Shown: positions 12,515 to 37,641, counted from the first letter of the stretch. The stretch is DNA of 64,000 nucleotides from Eledone cirrhosa (GCA_964016885.1 OZ024746.1:62186001-62250000); one strand, 5' to 3'. Translations and numbers: made by a program. Notes: generated by a model from the letters alone, not told the origin.

Positions 12515-14152
12515 AACCTAGTCTTTGGAACTTAACTTAAAGGTTCTTACATAAAATTATGATGGATATTTTTTTAATTTAGATAAATATCAACATTTTA
12601 AAACAAAGTTTTGTATCGTAGAACTAGGAGCTGTTCTGAGGATGATTCGTTACTTGATTTACCGCTTCCCACTAGAACTTTCATTTTTATAGACTACAAT
12701 GAAAGTCTGCTGCCACTGCCAGGAAGACGGTCCCGTGAATAACGTCCAAAGACGTGGCTATATCTGTTTGCAAGCCCAACTGAAACTGTTAACTGTCAAA
12801 CGGATTACTATGTAGTTTTCAGATTACCATTAAAATATATCGGCTGATTATTTTAGATAATGAAGTAGGTTCAGTGGATTTATAAGTAATGTCTGTACAC
12901 AAAAACATTACAATCGTGATCCACAAACACAGTAGCTTAATGTAAAAACCTGGCGGATTTAGATCATTACAACAGCCATATGAATGCTGGGTGTTAGTAG
13001 TATAGGATCAGCAACAGTTTCTTCTTTCCTTTCTCCGATCATCTCGGAGGTCCCGCAAAGTTCATAGGTGCTGCTTTTTCTCTTTGACTAATCCAGAAAA
13101 GAAAACTCAAAGAAAGTCGTCAGCCACTTAGGAATTCCTTACCTGTCCACGATTTCCCAACAGAAATCCAAACTAAGCATTAGTTTTATATATCTAAACA
13201 CATGAGGTGGTCTCCAAAGATCGTGAATATCACCACTTTTCTTGTCACTAAGTAATTAATTAGCAAATAAAAAAGTGCTATTAACCTCGTTTTGTTCTTA
13301 TTTACATTACATAGTGATTTTGCAAGAGACTTCACGAGAAAAGACTTAATGAACAAAATAATTATTCAAATTATTTACACGATAAATGATTACTGAAGCG
13401 AGTGAAAGCAGAAAAGAGAACTCGTTATTGCTGGAACTGCATGTTTTATAATGAAGTAAGATACTGTAGCTTTCTAATACGTTATTCATTTTAAAAATTG
13501 AATGACTGTTTTCACACTTCAGGTAAGAGACAAAAAGACAACGGTCAATATTACCATTAAGAGAGTCGGAAATAGCTGTTTCGCAGGTAATCATTATGTA
13601 TTTACCTATTTATCTATTTTATGTCGGCTTCATTATTAAAGAGCTATTTAATGAAGCAAAGCTTATGGTTATTTACTAAGTAGCCGCTAAAATCGCCCTG
13701 ACACGAAACCATTGATGGGTGTTGAGCGGAAACAGCGCCAGGTAAAAATAGCCGTTAAACTTGTCATCAGTAGACAGCTTAGATCGGAACACCAAAAGAA
13801 AAAAACAACAAAACAAACGAAAAAACAACGTGACCATTTGAATTATACAGTTTTGCTGGTGAAGATGACTAAAGACACGCAAGGTTTGCACATAGACTTC
13901 TTCGCATTATGGGTCGTTTATAACGTTTTTAAATCTTCATCAATTATACACATGTCATTACAATGATACTAAACGATTTTAAAACCCATTGTTTGATGTT
14001 TTATTAACTTAATTGGTATTTGAAATTTTTAAGATAATATTGAATTGTTTATTCTTTGTTGGAACTGTTGTTGCTGTTGTTGTTTAACCCCCGGTAACCT
14101 TTCATCCAGCTAACGAATGACTAGGGCTGAAATAGCCATGAACATTATTTAA

Positions 14153-14360
14153 CCCTTTAGCATTTAAACCGGCTGTATCCGGCCAGAATTTTCTCACTTC
14201 TTTCTGTTCAAACTGGCCGTAACTGGTCGCTCATACTGATGTTAAGGTTTTGTTCTCAAAACAACTAACATCAAAATCTCGTAGAGTCGATATTATGTGA
14301 GATAAAGCCTTTACCACAAAAATACAAGAATATATAGAGAGTAATGTAAATGCTAAAGGG
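14153..14360. mobile_element. piggyBac-type MITE
   Basis: TTAA|CCCTTTAGCATTTA ... TAAATGCTAAAGGG|TTAA: perfect 14-bp TIRs and a TTAA TSD. Confidence 0.85.
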
Positions 14361-14717
14361 TTAAGAGGTTCGTAGGATTATCATTATTTAATGTGTCTTT
14401 GACTTATTTCAGGTGATAACGTTGGATTTTGAGTAAAATTCGGTTGTTATTTCTAGCAGGTTTAAAGACTTTCTTTAGAACTGCCGTAGATTTAGGAGGC
14501 CTAACAATAACTTCAGAAAGTAAATTGAATCAGACTTTACGACGCTCAAACAAATAAGCCTAAGGTTATTTCTCTTCTTACTTTCTGAATTTAGTGATAT
14601 TTACTAGGATTTGAACTCAGAGAGCAAAGAGCCGGAACGAATACCGCGAAGCATTCTTTTTGACGTTCTAACGACTTTGTCAATTTGCCGTCTTCGCACG
14701 CATATAACTGCTATATA

Positions 14718-14911
14718 CAGACCTGTCAACTCTCCCCGTCCGACGGGGAGATCTCCCACCCATTTTGAAGCGGATGAGAGATGTCTTCAATTGTGAAAAT
14801 GGGTATAGCTTTCACTATGTAAAATCTGCCCATTTTGCCACATTTCTCCCTGTTTTGGGGCACTTTTTTCATGGTACTCCTCGTTTGAGTTTCTTGAGGT
14901 TGGCAGGTCTG
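14718..14911 (+). mobile_element. ~194-bp MITE with hAT-like TIRs
   Basis: CAGACCTGTCAAC ... GTTGGCAGGTCTG; same family as 11768. Confidence 0.8.
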
Positions 14912-15655
14912 TCAATATGAAATACATTATTTACTGGAACAATAATCTACTAATTGTTTGTTTTTTTACATACATATTCCTGTTCCAAGAATCTTCTGAT
15001 ACCACATCGTACCATCTAAACATATCTCGATTGTAACTTGTTATAAAGTTTATAACGTAATAACTCAGTTAAGAAGATCCTCTCATAACACTTGCTTCTT
15101 TTTTTTTACTTACCCACTCACTCACTGAGTCATACTTTTCATATTCTATAGATATAACTTTATTGAAACATTCTCGGATTTATTGAAATGGAAAGCTTGG
15201 AATTTTAGTCCTTCGTATATTTTCTAAGTGTGATGAAAATAAATTGAATTGATTCCAATCCGGAATCGAAGGTGGATTGCAAAGATCGTTCACAGTAATG
15301 TTTTTTCTATTTTACATAGCATTAGTTTTATTTATTTATTTATCTATATAATAACCTCTCATGCATGAATCCATGATAGAGAAGAGTGAAATTATGAGAC
15401 ATTTATATATTAGCAGGGCAACTGAAGTGAAACCAAGTGAATCAAAACTATGCCACATATTCAATTCAGCGGGAACCAACTCTGTTTTATATGGATTCTA
15501 CCACATTACATAACATAGAACTGTACACATTCAATCAACTTGTTAAAAATAGTAGTCAAATTCCCATAAAACCACACACAAACTATCGTTTTCTGGAACG
15601 AATGATGCATTAGATTGCGTAGTTCTGGATATATATATATTTTTTAAACCATCTG

Positions 15656-15851
15656 CAGACCTGTCAAACTCTAAAAACCCAAACGGGGAGTACCATGAAA
15701 AAAAGGTGCCCCAAAACGGAGAGAAATGAGGCAAAATCGGGAGATTTTACATAATGAAAGCTATACCCATTTTCACAAGAGAAGACATCTCTCACCCACC
15801 TCAAAATGGGTTAGAGATCTCCCCGTCGGATGTGGAGAGTTGACATGTTTG
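15656..15851 (-). mobile_element. ~195-bp MITE with hAT-like TIRs, inverted copy
   Basis: Reverse complement of the 14718 family. Confidence 0.75.
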
Positions 15852-16839
15852 GATATGGTCATAGCTGAAACACATTTGGTCATAAGTGTGCTCAATCGGG
15901 CTGACCTGGGGCTAAACTACATGTTTATGACATAATTATGATAGAACTTATTTATTAAATGTGAGTAATTTAATTTTTTTCACCTATTATGATTGGTTTT
16001 TCTTCTTCTTCTTTACTATTTTATATCCACCAAGATAAACAAATACAAACCTAGTTAAGTGAGAAGTGAAACTTAAGTTATTCAGTCAATCGAAACATTA
16101 TGCCCACCTCGTTAATCTTTTAAAATTTCGGTTTCTTTTATGTCTTTCACATTAAAATAGTGTGAATAATAGAGTGAATGACTGAGAAGCTGTTATGGGT
16201 AGTTGTTGGGTGCTAATTCTTTAAATTTCCTAACCACCCCGCTGTATATAGTAAAAGTGATTCATATGAATATTGTGTTGGTCGAGAAAGATTTACCCAC
16301 GTATGAAACAAAATCTTAAATACAGAAAATTATCCGAAACTTACACATGACTGGAAAATGAGAATAATAAATGATTAATTATATAATCAAAAGATTATTC
16401 ACTGAATAACCTTGCACATACGAACAAAGATAGAATGTTCAAACCTTTCTTCGGAACGATTACTGAACTCCATTCTTTGCCACGCATGAGTGCTTTATTA
16501 ACGCTTCGATATGACTTACATGGAGCATTGGCGTCATGAGGCATCACCAAACTAGAATAAAACGAGTAATAATAAGTTGTAATTCAAAAGTGATTTCTAT
16601 ATAAATACAACATCAAACGTCAACTCGATTGAGAACATAAATGAATTATTAGAGCGGTATATAGCAATTTACATTTCTGACTAGTAGTTGACATATATCG
16701 TTATTTATTTGACAGTATTAGACGGGTTTGATTTAGGCATGACAAATTACATACTTAACACAAGCTGATATATGACAGTCGATTGACTTTCGTCAAATCG
16801 GACCGAGGAAACAATGTTTCCATTGGTCTTTCCAATTGC

Positions 16840-16990
16840 TAATACTATCTATCGGTCGCAACTCCAGGTAGAGGAGCAACGTGAAATAAAGTATCTTGCT
16901 CAAGGACATAACGCATCGCCCGGTCCAGGAATCGAACTCACAACCTGACGATTGAGAGTTCAATTCTCTTACCACTCAGCCACGCGCCTT
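16840..16990 (-). mobile_element. tRNA-derived CORE-domain SINE
   Basis: The minus strand has TGGCTGAGTGG (A box), GAGTTCGATTCC (B box) and CORE-like GTCCTTGAGCAAG. Confidence 0.75.
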
Positions 16991-16993
16991 CAC

Positions 16994-17040
<47 letters not shown>

Positions 17041-17177
17041 TGTATGTATGTATGTATGTATGTATGTATGTATGTATGTATGTATGTATGTATATGTTTT
17101 CTCTTTCTCTTAATTTCGAGTATATTTTTTTGACCGGCCACCTTCCTGGTGGCAAGGTTGTAAACGAAAAGAAATTG

Positions 17178-20061
17178 TCATCCCTTGAATCGCAAGAATG
17201 TTTTGCAAATTTTGAAGGTGCCAGCTATCGCAGCCATTTGTAGACTATGAATTAGGGAGCTGCGCTTTTTGTCCGCAAATCCAAGTTCAGTCATACTTTG
17301 GTCCAAGCGGGTTGGTATATAACCCGTAGCACCAATAATGATGGGTATGAAGCTAAAGGTGTATCTTGGATACTGGATTTGTAAACTCCTCATCAATGGT
17401 CCGTAGATGTCCTCCTTCTCCTGTATTTTTCTGACAACGTTTACATCAAGTGGGCAGCTGATCTCCACAACAGAACACGTTTTCAATGTGTGGTCCCAAA
17501 CTACAATATCAGGCCGGTTGTGCTTTAATTCGGTGGCAGTTTTTATTTTCAGGTTCCACCAGTATTCCTTAGTGCCATCTGTCTCAATATATTCTTCCTC
17601 GTTTGTTGTTAATTTTGTTTTCCGAAGTGCGTTCCAGATGGTTCTAGCTATCCCATCGTGTCTCATGGGGAGGTAGTAGCGAGATGACATTCTTTCGCAG
17701 CTGGCAACAATGTGGCTTACATCCTCGATCTTTGTTTTACATAGCCTACATTTATTGTCAGCTGCTGGCCCTCCTCTTTTGTGCAGCAGATATTTGGTAG
17801 GGAGTTCTTGTTCCTGTATTGCATAGAGATATCCCTCAAGGTGTGATGTCATAAACTTGTCGGAACTCCATGCCAGGCTTTTGGGGTGGTTTATCCCCTC
17901 TATGGTCTGTGTTTTACGCCTCAAGTATCCATGCACAACTTTTTCTGTAAATTGGTCAATTTTTTAATCTTGTTTGAACATTGAATAGGATCTTCCGATT
18001 TCTCTGGGTGAGAGATTTATATCAGGCTTTATTCCATATCTCTCCTCCAGATCAGTCGCTATTCTAATGATATTTCTTTTTTCATGCTCATAAACCTGGG
18101 CAAGATGGTTGCCAACCTTTTTCCTCTGTTGAAGGTGTTGCTTCAGTGTTACTATCCGGGTCTCATATATTGTTAATATTGATTTTAGACCCCGGCCACC
18201 TTCCTTGCGTGAGAAGTATAGCCTATCCACATCACCATTGATGTTAAAGTTCCCAGTAACACTGAGAAGTTTTCGAGTTCTAACATCCATCTCACTTAGT
18301 TCTTGCAATGACCAGTTCAGTAGGCCAAATGTTGGCGTTAGAATTGGCACAGCATAAGTATTGTGGGCAATGTATTTGTTGTATGCTGACAGCTCTGATG
18401 ACCATATTTTCTTTACTCTTCTGAGGTATTCAGTTCTGGTTCTCTCCTTATTTATGGGTCCATCATATCTGACATTCTCATCCTGTCCAAGATATCTGTA
18501 GTTGTCACCTGACTGCAGAGGTTGTATTGTCAGGCCGTTCATCTCTAGATTTCTAGAGGAGGGCACAGCTCTTCCACGTTTTACTGCCAAATATGCACAC
18601 TTGGACTCACCAAATTTCATTTTGATGTCGGTTGAAAATTGTGTAATGAGGTCCAATTGTTTCTTGATGTCATTGATATTTGGCCCATACAACTTCAGGT
18701 CATCAACAAAGAAAAGATGGGAGATACTTCTCGGCCCACTTCTTTGTCCACCTTGTTTCCTGAGTAGGTAAGATAGTGGATTCAGTGAGAGAACGAAGAG
18801 TAGCACTGACAAGCTATCACCCTGAAAGATGCCCTTCTAGTAATGTATCTTATCAGTCTTAACCTGCTCCTTCTCACCTCTAAGGATCAAATTGGTGTAC
18901 CAGTTCTTGGTCAGGCGTTCAACAGCAGCTACCAATGGTTGTGGGACTTTAGCTAACTGTAAAGCCTTAATAATCCACCCATGAGGTACACTATCAAATG
19001 CTTTTTGATAGTCCAGCCACACGACAGTCATGTTTCTGCGATTCTTTGTTGTTTTTTCCTGAATCATTTTGTTAGTTAGTAGGTGATCTATGCAACCCCA
19101 CACCTCCCTCTTTCCACCAGCTTGCTCAGGTGTTATGATGTTGTTGGTAGCACAGTGATCCTGTAAGAACAGGTTAAGGCACCCAGTATATAATTCATAC
19201 ATGATGTTTTGGCAGGCAATTGGGCGGTAATTTTTAGCAAGGGTGGTTTGGCTATTTTGGGGAATGAGGAGAGTAGTGGCAGCTGATAACCATCTGGGCA
19301 GTTCTTGTGTGCCCTTAATGGTTTCTGTAAACAGCCGTATGAGATCTTGCCGATAGAAAGTGAAATTCTTCTGGCGATTTCCTATTCGACATTTTCTGTA
19401 GAGCTGTTTCCAGTATTGACCCATCTATGTCATATTGTTTTGTCTGGACATGTTGGCAGTAGTCCTGTTCCAGTTCTTTTAGCCAATTAGCTTGTCTGTT
19501 GAATCCGTCATCCGTTTCCCATACAGATCTCCAGTAGCTCTCAACCTGTTTTTTTGAAGGGGTGTCGTTTACAGGGATTGAGCGTTTGCCACCTAAGCTG
19601 CGATAAACTGATTTAGGATCTCTGGCAAACAACTAGTCGTTTATGTGCTGTTGACTTATATTTTAGTCTTTCTGTTGTAGCTGTGAGTTGTTATTCCAAC
19701 TGGTGTAATTTGGAGTTCAAAGTTTTAAATTTTGTATCTCCAAATCGTCTCTCTAACTTTTTCTTTAGGTCTTCCTGGTGTCGTGTGAAGTTGCTCTCTA
19801 TGTTGCATTTCATAACGACTGCGATGTGTGAGATACTTCGTCTCGGGGACAAAATTAGGTTTTTAAATTTCGCATCCACGCTGGTTCAGGCTTTCTGTTT
19901 GTATCTTGATTGCGTGGTTTTAGATGTGTGTTATATGATAGCAATGTGACAGCTGAAACATATAACAAAACATTAAGCGTTTCAAATGTCGTTTCTACAC
20001 CTTTAGATTGTATAGCCTTCAGATAATTGCCAGCTATTTCGTTCACCGCTTCCAATTCCAA
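17178..20061 (-). pseudogene. Frameshifted RT-RLE ORF of the R4/Dong-like element
   Basis: Fragments carry NYRPIAC, WLDYQKAFDSVPH, SHLFFVDDLKLY, YRYLG, RLYFSRKEGGRGL, the CCHC knuckle CRLC..HIVASC, RHD and RPDIV..VEISCP (RLE). Split by several stops and frameshifts. Confidence 0.92.
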
Positions 20062-20786
20062 TTTAGTGGGTTCTTTTATACTTTTTATATTCTTATTCCT
20101 TTATTGTTTATTTCTCATCTATTACGGTGTACTCCTTATGAGTTTCCTACCATGTATGTTCCTTCCGTTATATGTCCTTATGTTCCCATATTTTTATACG
20201 TTTTTATAATTTATTATATTTCTTTATATTGTACTCCTCCATGTTATATGTCATCGTTTCTACTGTTATTGCTATATTTTGTCACAGTATGGAGTATGTG
20301 CCCATCCGTTTTTGATATGTTATTTGTATTAGTGTATACTTTCTGTATTGCATATGGGTGCTTGCGTGTAGGTGCATGCGGGTGCTCATGCTTATACGTA
20401 TACTTTTATGTGAGTGTATGCATACGTAGCTGTGTGTTAACCAATCACATCATTGATTCCATGATTGCCGGTCATAATATAACCCTACCCAACTGTGAGT
20501 GATAACATTTAATATCCGTATCCTTATTAGTATTAGTATATTCCTCATATTCACTATCTTTTGCTTGATTTTATTTTTTATTTTTTATTTTTTATTTTTT
20601 ATTTTTTATTTTTTATTTTTTATTTTTTATTTTTTATTTTTTATTTTTTATTTTTTATTTTTATTCGTTAATCCTTATCTTGTACATAAACAATACTTTA
20701 AATTCCTCCCACCTTATGATATCCCCACATTATATTCTTCTGTTTTGGATTTGTTAATGCTTCTATACTCTGTATCTACTCTTTAA

Positions 20787-20830
20787 GCTCTGAAGAGGCC
20801 CACTTTTAGTGTGGACGAAACATTGTCAGC
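20787..20830 (+). ncRNA. Minimal type I hammerhead ribozyme
   Basis: Stem I GCT/AGC; core CTGAAGA (20790-20796); imperfect stem II GGCCCAC..GTGTGGAC; GAAA (20817-20820); stem III AC-ATT-GT; GUC triplet ending at 20827. Confidence 0.7.
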
Positions 20831-20961
20831 AATTAAAGATATACCTATGTTCTAAGCGCTCTTTGTTGTTAATTGTATTACGGCTCTGTCTTCAGACATT
20901 GAGCTAACCATATACTGCCTATCTGATAAGTTGAGTGTTACACATTCTCAATTTTCTCCTT

Positions 20962-29678
<8,717 letters not shown>

Positions 29679-30287
29679 GTCAGGTCACCAGTTGGTGCTA
29701 CTGGTAACATGTATCCCAGTACAACCTGTCCCATGGTCGGGTCGTTGGCGACTAAACTGGCAACCCCACCAAGGTTTCTTGGTGAGGAGGGTGACTTTGG
29801 ACATCCTGCAGGACTAAAAACAAAACCTGTCAAAGGGCAAAGGAGCTCTTAAGAGTCAATGGCCATCCAAAATCACCGGGAGAGATGACCCCTTAGCCTT
29901 TGTCAAGGCAGAATTCTAGGAGAAGGAAAACTCTGATATAACACCTGCAACCCTGATGGTATCCAATGATGTTGACTTGTTCTTCTTTTTGGTAAATATC
30001 ATCTTGGTTAAGAGAGTGGGACTGGCTTTGTGCAGTGCCTTTGCTCACTATAAAAGCTTCACGGCACAGGCATTGCTTTATATCTGGAGATCTCTCTGCA
30101 CTTGTCGTCACATGGTACCATGGGCCCTGCACTATGTGTCAGTAATTGTCACAAGTGTAGTGTTTGTACCAGAGTTTTCAAGTCGCTGGCTGGACTAAAA
30201 AGTCACACTCGTTCAGCGCATCGGTAGGGGTTCTCCTACATGGATATAAAGTAGTGGCCGTACTCGAAAACGAGTTGGCAGCCACCA
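29679..30287 (+). mobile_element. ~610-bp non-autonomous RTE-derived element, copy 1
   Basis: 29709-29872 matches the 5' UTR of the RTE at 769-951. Shares fixed ends GTCAGGTC...GGCAGCCACC with the other copies. Confidence 0.88.
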
Positions 30288-32543
<2,256 letters not shown>

Positions 32544-34026
32544 TTCAAAAAGGGAAACAAATCCCTTGCCGTGAATTACCGTCCAATCTCACTCACCTCT
32601 CATATCATTAAGGTATTTGAGCGAGTGGTGAGATCGCGAATGACCCACTTCCTTGAGAGTAACAATATGCTGAACTCCAACCAGCATGGATTCCGTAATG
32701 GAAGGGATTGCCTGACGCAACTACTGCATCACTTTGATGACATTTTGAGAGCCTTGGGAGAGGGTTCCAACACTGATGTTATCTACCTTGATTTCAGCAA
32801 GGCCTTTGACAGGGTTGATCATAACATTCTACTGAGAAAGCTGTCCAATATTGGTGTCACTGGAAAGCTGCTGCAGTGGATCAAGAGCTTCCTGTCAAAC
32901 AGAACCCAACATGTTGTAGTTGAGGGAGTCAAATCAAGCCCAGCCAAAGTCAGTAGTGGAGTCCCACAAGGCACTGTGTTGGGCCCACTTCTCTTCATCA
33001 TCTATATTAATGACATCACTGACATCATCAAACACAGCAACATTAAAATTTTCGCTGATGATTCCAAGCTCCAAAAGGTCATCAATGGCGTGGATGACCG
33101 GATAAGCCTTCAGTCAGACCTACTGGCTGTTACCCAATGGGCAGAAAAGAACAACATGTTACTGAACGAAGACAAATTCGAACTAATCCACTTTGGAAAA
33201 GAGGATGCTCTGAAACTCCCGTACTCCCTTCCCTCCGGGGAAACTCTCGTGGCATCTAACAACATCAGAGACTTGGGAGTAACTGTGGACAGCAACATAA
33301 GCTGGACCACGCATATAAGCAGCAAAGTTGACATGGCCCGCAGAATGTGTTCCTGGATCCTCAGAACCTTCCAGTCGAGAGATTCCCGCACCATTATCCT
33401 TCTCTTCTCTACTTTCGCCCGACCACACCTTGAATACTGTTGTCCACTGTGGTCTCCCCACACGAAACAAAGTATCATGAAACTTGAAGCTCCTCAAAGG
33501 GCAATCACGAAAAAGATAGATGGCATGTCAGACCTTGACTACTGGGGTCGATTGGAAAACCTGAAACTTTACTCACTCCAACGTCGCCGTGAGCGTTATA
33601 TTATCTGCATGATGTGGAAAATGTTCCATCATCACTGCCCAAATGATGTTGGCATCGCCTTCAAGATACACCCAAGGCTTGGGCCCCGTGCTATCCGTCC
33701 CATTCAAAAATCTAAATCGCAACTCATAACAACAATACGGCACAATTATTTCACCTCAATCGGCCCTGCTCTCTTCAACATCACACCAGGACACGTCAAA
33801 ACAGAAACTGACCACACAAAATTCAAGAAGTCTTTGGACAAATTCCTCCAAGTAATCCCGGACAAACCACCCACACCCGGATATGTCTCCGCAAACAGTA
33901 ATTCTCTTCTCGAATGGGCCATGGTGCCCAAATCCTGAATTGAAAGACTTCGCCAGGTGGTGCTATTAAGTTAGACATGGCCTGGGCCAATACTGGCCAA
34001 AACATTTCAAAGTTATTCAAAGTTAT
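32544..34026 (+). mobile_element. 5'-truncated CR1/L2-group LINE (RT domain open to the stop at 33938)
   Basis: [59 protein letters not shown]. The 3' end is a (TCAAAGTTAT)2 repeat. Confidence 0.92.
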
Positions 34027-34479
34027 GTATATATGCATATATATATGTATATATATATGTATATATGTATATATATATGTATGTATATATGTATATATGC
34101 ATATATATATGTATATATATATGTATATATGTATATATATATGTATGTATATATGTATATATGCATATATATATGTATATATATATGTATATATGTATAT
34201 ATATATGTATGTACATATGTATATATGTATGTATATATATATGTATATATGTATGTATATGTATATATATATGTATATATGTATATGTATATATGTATAT
34301 ATATATGTATATATGTATATGTATATATGTATATATATATGTATATGTATATATATATATGTATATATATGTATATATATGTATATGTATGTATATGTAT
34401 ATATATGTATATGTATATATATGTATATATATATATATATATGTATATGTATATATATATATATGTATATATATATATG

Positions 34480-34511
<32 letters not shown>

Positions 34512-34574
34512 TGTATATGTATATATATATATATGTATATATATATATGTATATGTATATATATGTATATATAT

Positions 34575-34622
<48 letters not shown>

Positions 34623-35267
34623 ATATATATGTATATATATATATATATGTATATATATATGTATATATGTATATATATATATATATGTATATATATATGT
34701 ATATATGTATATATATATATATATGTATATATATATGTATATATGTATATATATATATATGTATATATATATGTATATATGTATATATATATATATATGT
34801 CTATATATATGTATATATGTATATATATATATATATGTATATATGTATATATATATATATATGTATATATATATGTATATATGTATATATATATATATAT
34901 GTATATATGTATATATATATGTATCTATGTTTGTATATATATATGTATCTATGTTTGTATATATATATGTATATATATATGTATCTATGTTTGTATATAT
35001 ATATGTATATATATATGTATCTATGTTTGTATATATATATGTATATATATATGTATCTATGTTTGTATATATATATATGTATATATATATGTATCTATGT
35101 TTGTATATATATATGTATATATATATGTATATATATATGTATATATATATGTATATATATATGTATATATATATGTATATATATATGTATATATATATGT
35201 ATATATGTATGTATATATGTATGTATGTATATATGTATGTATGTATATATATATGTATGTATGTATA

Positions 35268-35303
<36 letters not shown>

Positions 35304-35511
35304 TGTATGTATGTATGTATGTATGTATGTATATATATGTATGTATGTATGTATGTATATATATATATACACACAAACACATACATACATGTGTATGTGT
35401 GTGTGTATGAGTATGTATGTATGTGTGTATATATATATGTGTATATATATATGTGTATGTATATATATATATGTGTGTGTGTATGTATATATATCTGTGT
35501 ATGAGTGTGTG

Positions 35512-35542
<31 letters not shown>

Positions 35543-35595
35543 ATGTATGTATATATGTGTTTGTATGTATGTATGTATATATATCTATGTGTATG

Positions 35596-35648
<53 letters not shown>

Positions 35649-36281
35649 ATGTATATATATATCTATGTATATATGTATGAGTGTATGTATGTGTGTATGG
35701 ATATATATATATGTGTGTGTATGTATGTGTGTGTATATATATATGTGTGTGTATGTATGTATATATATATGTGTGTGTATGAGTGTATGTATGTGTATGA
35801 GTATGTATGTGTGTGTATGAGTATGTATGTGTGTGTATATATATGTGTGTATGTATGTATATATATGTGTGTTTGTATGTATATATATATATATGTATGT
35901 GTGTGTATATATATATGTATGTGTGTGTGTATATATATATATGTATGTGTGTGTGTATATATATATATGTATGTATGTGTATATATATATGTGTGTATAT
36001 GTATGTGTGTGTGTCTATATGTATATATATGTGTGTATGTATAAATATGTATATATATATGTATGTATGTGTATATGTGTGTATGTGTGTGCGTATATAT
36101 GTATGTATGTATGTGTATATATATATGTGTGTATACATATATATATATGTATGTATGTGTATATATATATATATGTATATATATGTATGTATGTATGTGT
36201 ATTATATGTATGTATGTATGTATGTGTATTATATGTATATATGTATGTATCTGTGTATATATATATATATGTATATATATA
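34027..36281. repeat. TA/TATG/TG microsatellite
   Basis: Read directly from the sequence. Confidence 0.95.
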
Positions 36282-36790
36282 TTTTGGATGGCCATTGACT
36301 CTTGGGGGCTCCTTTGCCCTTTGACAAAACCTATCAAAGAGCAAAGGAGCACTTGGGAGTCAATGGCCATCCAAAATCACCGGGAGAAATGACCCCTTAG
36401 CCTTTGTCAAGGCAGAATTCTAGGAGAAGGAAAACTCTGATATGACACCTGCAACCCTGATGGTATCCAATGATGTTGACTTGTTCTTCTTTTTGGTAAA
36501 TATCATCTTGGTTAAGAGAGTGGGACTGGCTTTGTGCAGTGCCTTTGCTCACTATAAAAGCTTCAAGGCACAGGCATTGCTTTATATCTGGAGATCTCTC
36601 TGCACTTGTCATCACATGGTACCATGGGCCCAGCACTATGAGTCAGTAATTGTCACAAGTGTAGTGTTTGTACCAGAGTTTTCAATACGCTGGCTGGACT
36701 AAAAAGTCACACTCGTTCAGCGCATCTGTAGGGGTTCTCCTACATGGATATAAAGTAGTGGCCGTACTCGAAAACGAGTTGGCAGCCACC
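36282..36790 (+). mobile_element. RTE-derived element, copy 2, 5'-truncated with a foldback inversion
   Basis: 36282-36324 is the reverse complement of the following ~45 bp; the remainder is collinear with copy 1. Confidence 0.88.
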
Positions 36791-36986
36791 ATATATGTAT
36801 ATATATATGTATGTATATAAATATGTATGTATATATGTATGTATATATATATGTATGTATATATATATGTATGCATATATATATGTATGCATATATATAT
36901 GTATGTATATATATATGTATGTATATATGTATATATATATGTTATATATATATATATATGTGTATGTATGTATGTGTGTATGTATA

Positions 36987-37029
<43 letters not shown>

Positions 37030-37033
37030 AAAT

Positions 37034-37641
37034 GTCAGGTCACCACTTGGTGCTACTGGTAACATGTATTCCACTACAACCTGCCCCATGGTCGGGTCGA
37101 TGGCGACTAAACTGGCAATCCCACCAAGATTTCTTGGTGAGGAGGGTGACTTTGGACATCCTGCAGGACTAAAAACAAAACCTGTCAAAGGGAAAAGGAG
37201 CTCTTAAGAGTCAATGGCCCTCCAAAATCACCGGGAGAGATGACCCCTTAGCCTTTGTCAAGGCAGAATTCTAGGAGAAGGAAAACTCTGATATAACACC
37301 TGCAACTCTGATGGTATCCAATGATGTTGACTTATTCTTCTTTTTGGTAAATATCATCTTGGTTAAGAGAGTGGGAGTGGCTTTGTGCAGTGCCTTTGCC
37401 CACTATAAAAGCTTCAGGGCACAGGCATTGCTTTATATCTGGAGATCTCTCTGCACTTGTCATCACATGGTACCATGGGCCCAGCAATATGTGTCAATAA
37501 TTGTCACAAGTGTAGTGTTTGTACCAGAGTTTTCAAGTCGCTGGCTGGACTAAAAAGTCACACTCGTTCAGCGCATCGGTGGAAGTTCTCCTACATGGAT
37601 ATAAAGTAGTGGCCGTACTCGAAAACGAGTTGGCAGCCACC
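37034..37641 (+). mobile_element. RTE-derived element, copy 3
   Basis: Full-length homolog of copy 1 with scattered substitutions. Confidence 0.9.

Larger units (their letters stand above)
17096..20962 (-). mobile_element. R4/Dong-like non-LTR retrotransposon (RT + restriction-like endonuclease), degenerate, bounded by microsatellite
   Basis: Unique sequence between two (TATG)n/(TA)n tracts, carrying collinear ORF fragments. The 5' boundary is inferred from the microsatellite junction. Confidence 0.8.

Noticed and set aside
12660-13960. Unique-looking DNA with splice-donor-like motifs (e.g. CTTACCTG at ~13138, CAGGTAAG at ~13520)
   Set aside because: No recognisable protein or consistent exon chain; needs RNA-seq.
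20570-20665. (TTTTTTA)n tract and its F/Y/I-rich ORF
   Set aside because: Simple repeat, not coding.
29679-29760. HDV-like ribozyme at the element 5' end
   Set aside because: I could not assemble P1/P2/P3/P1.1 in the required order; the twister-like fold fits better.
29893-30198. Recurrent 79-80 aa ORFs in the 610-bp element
   Set aside because: No recognisable motifs; recurrence reflects copy identity rather than coding selection.
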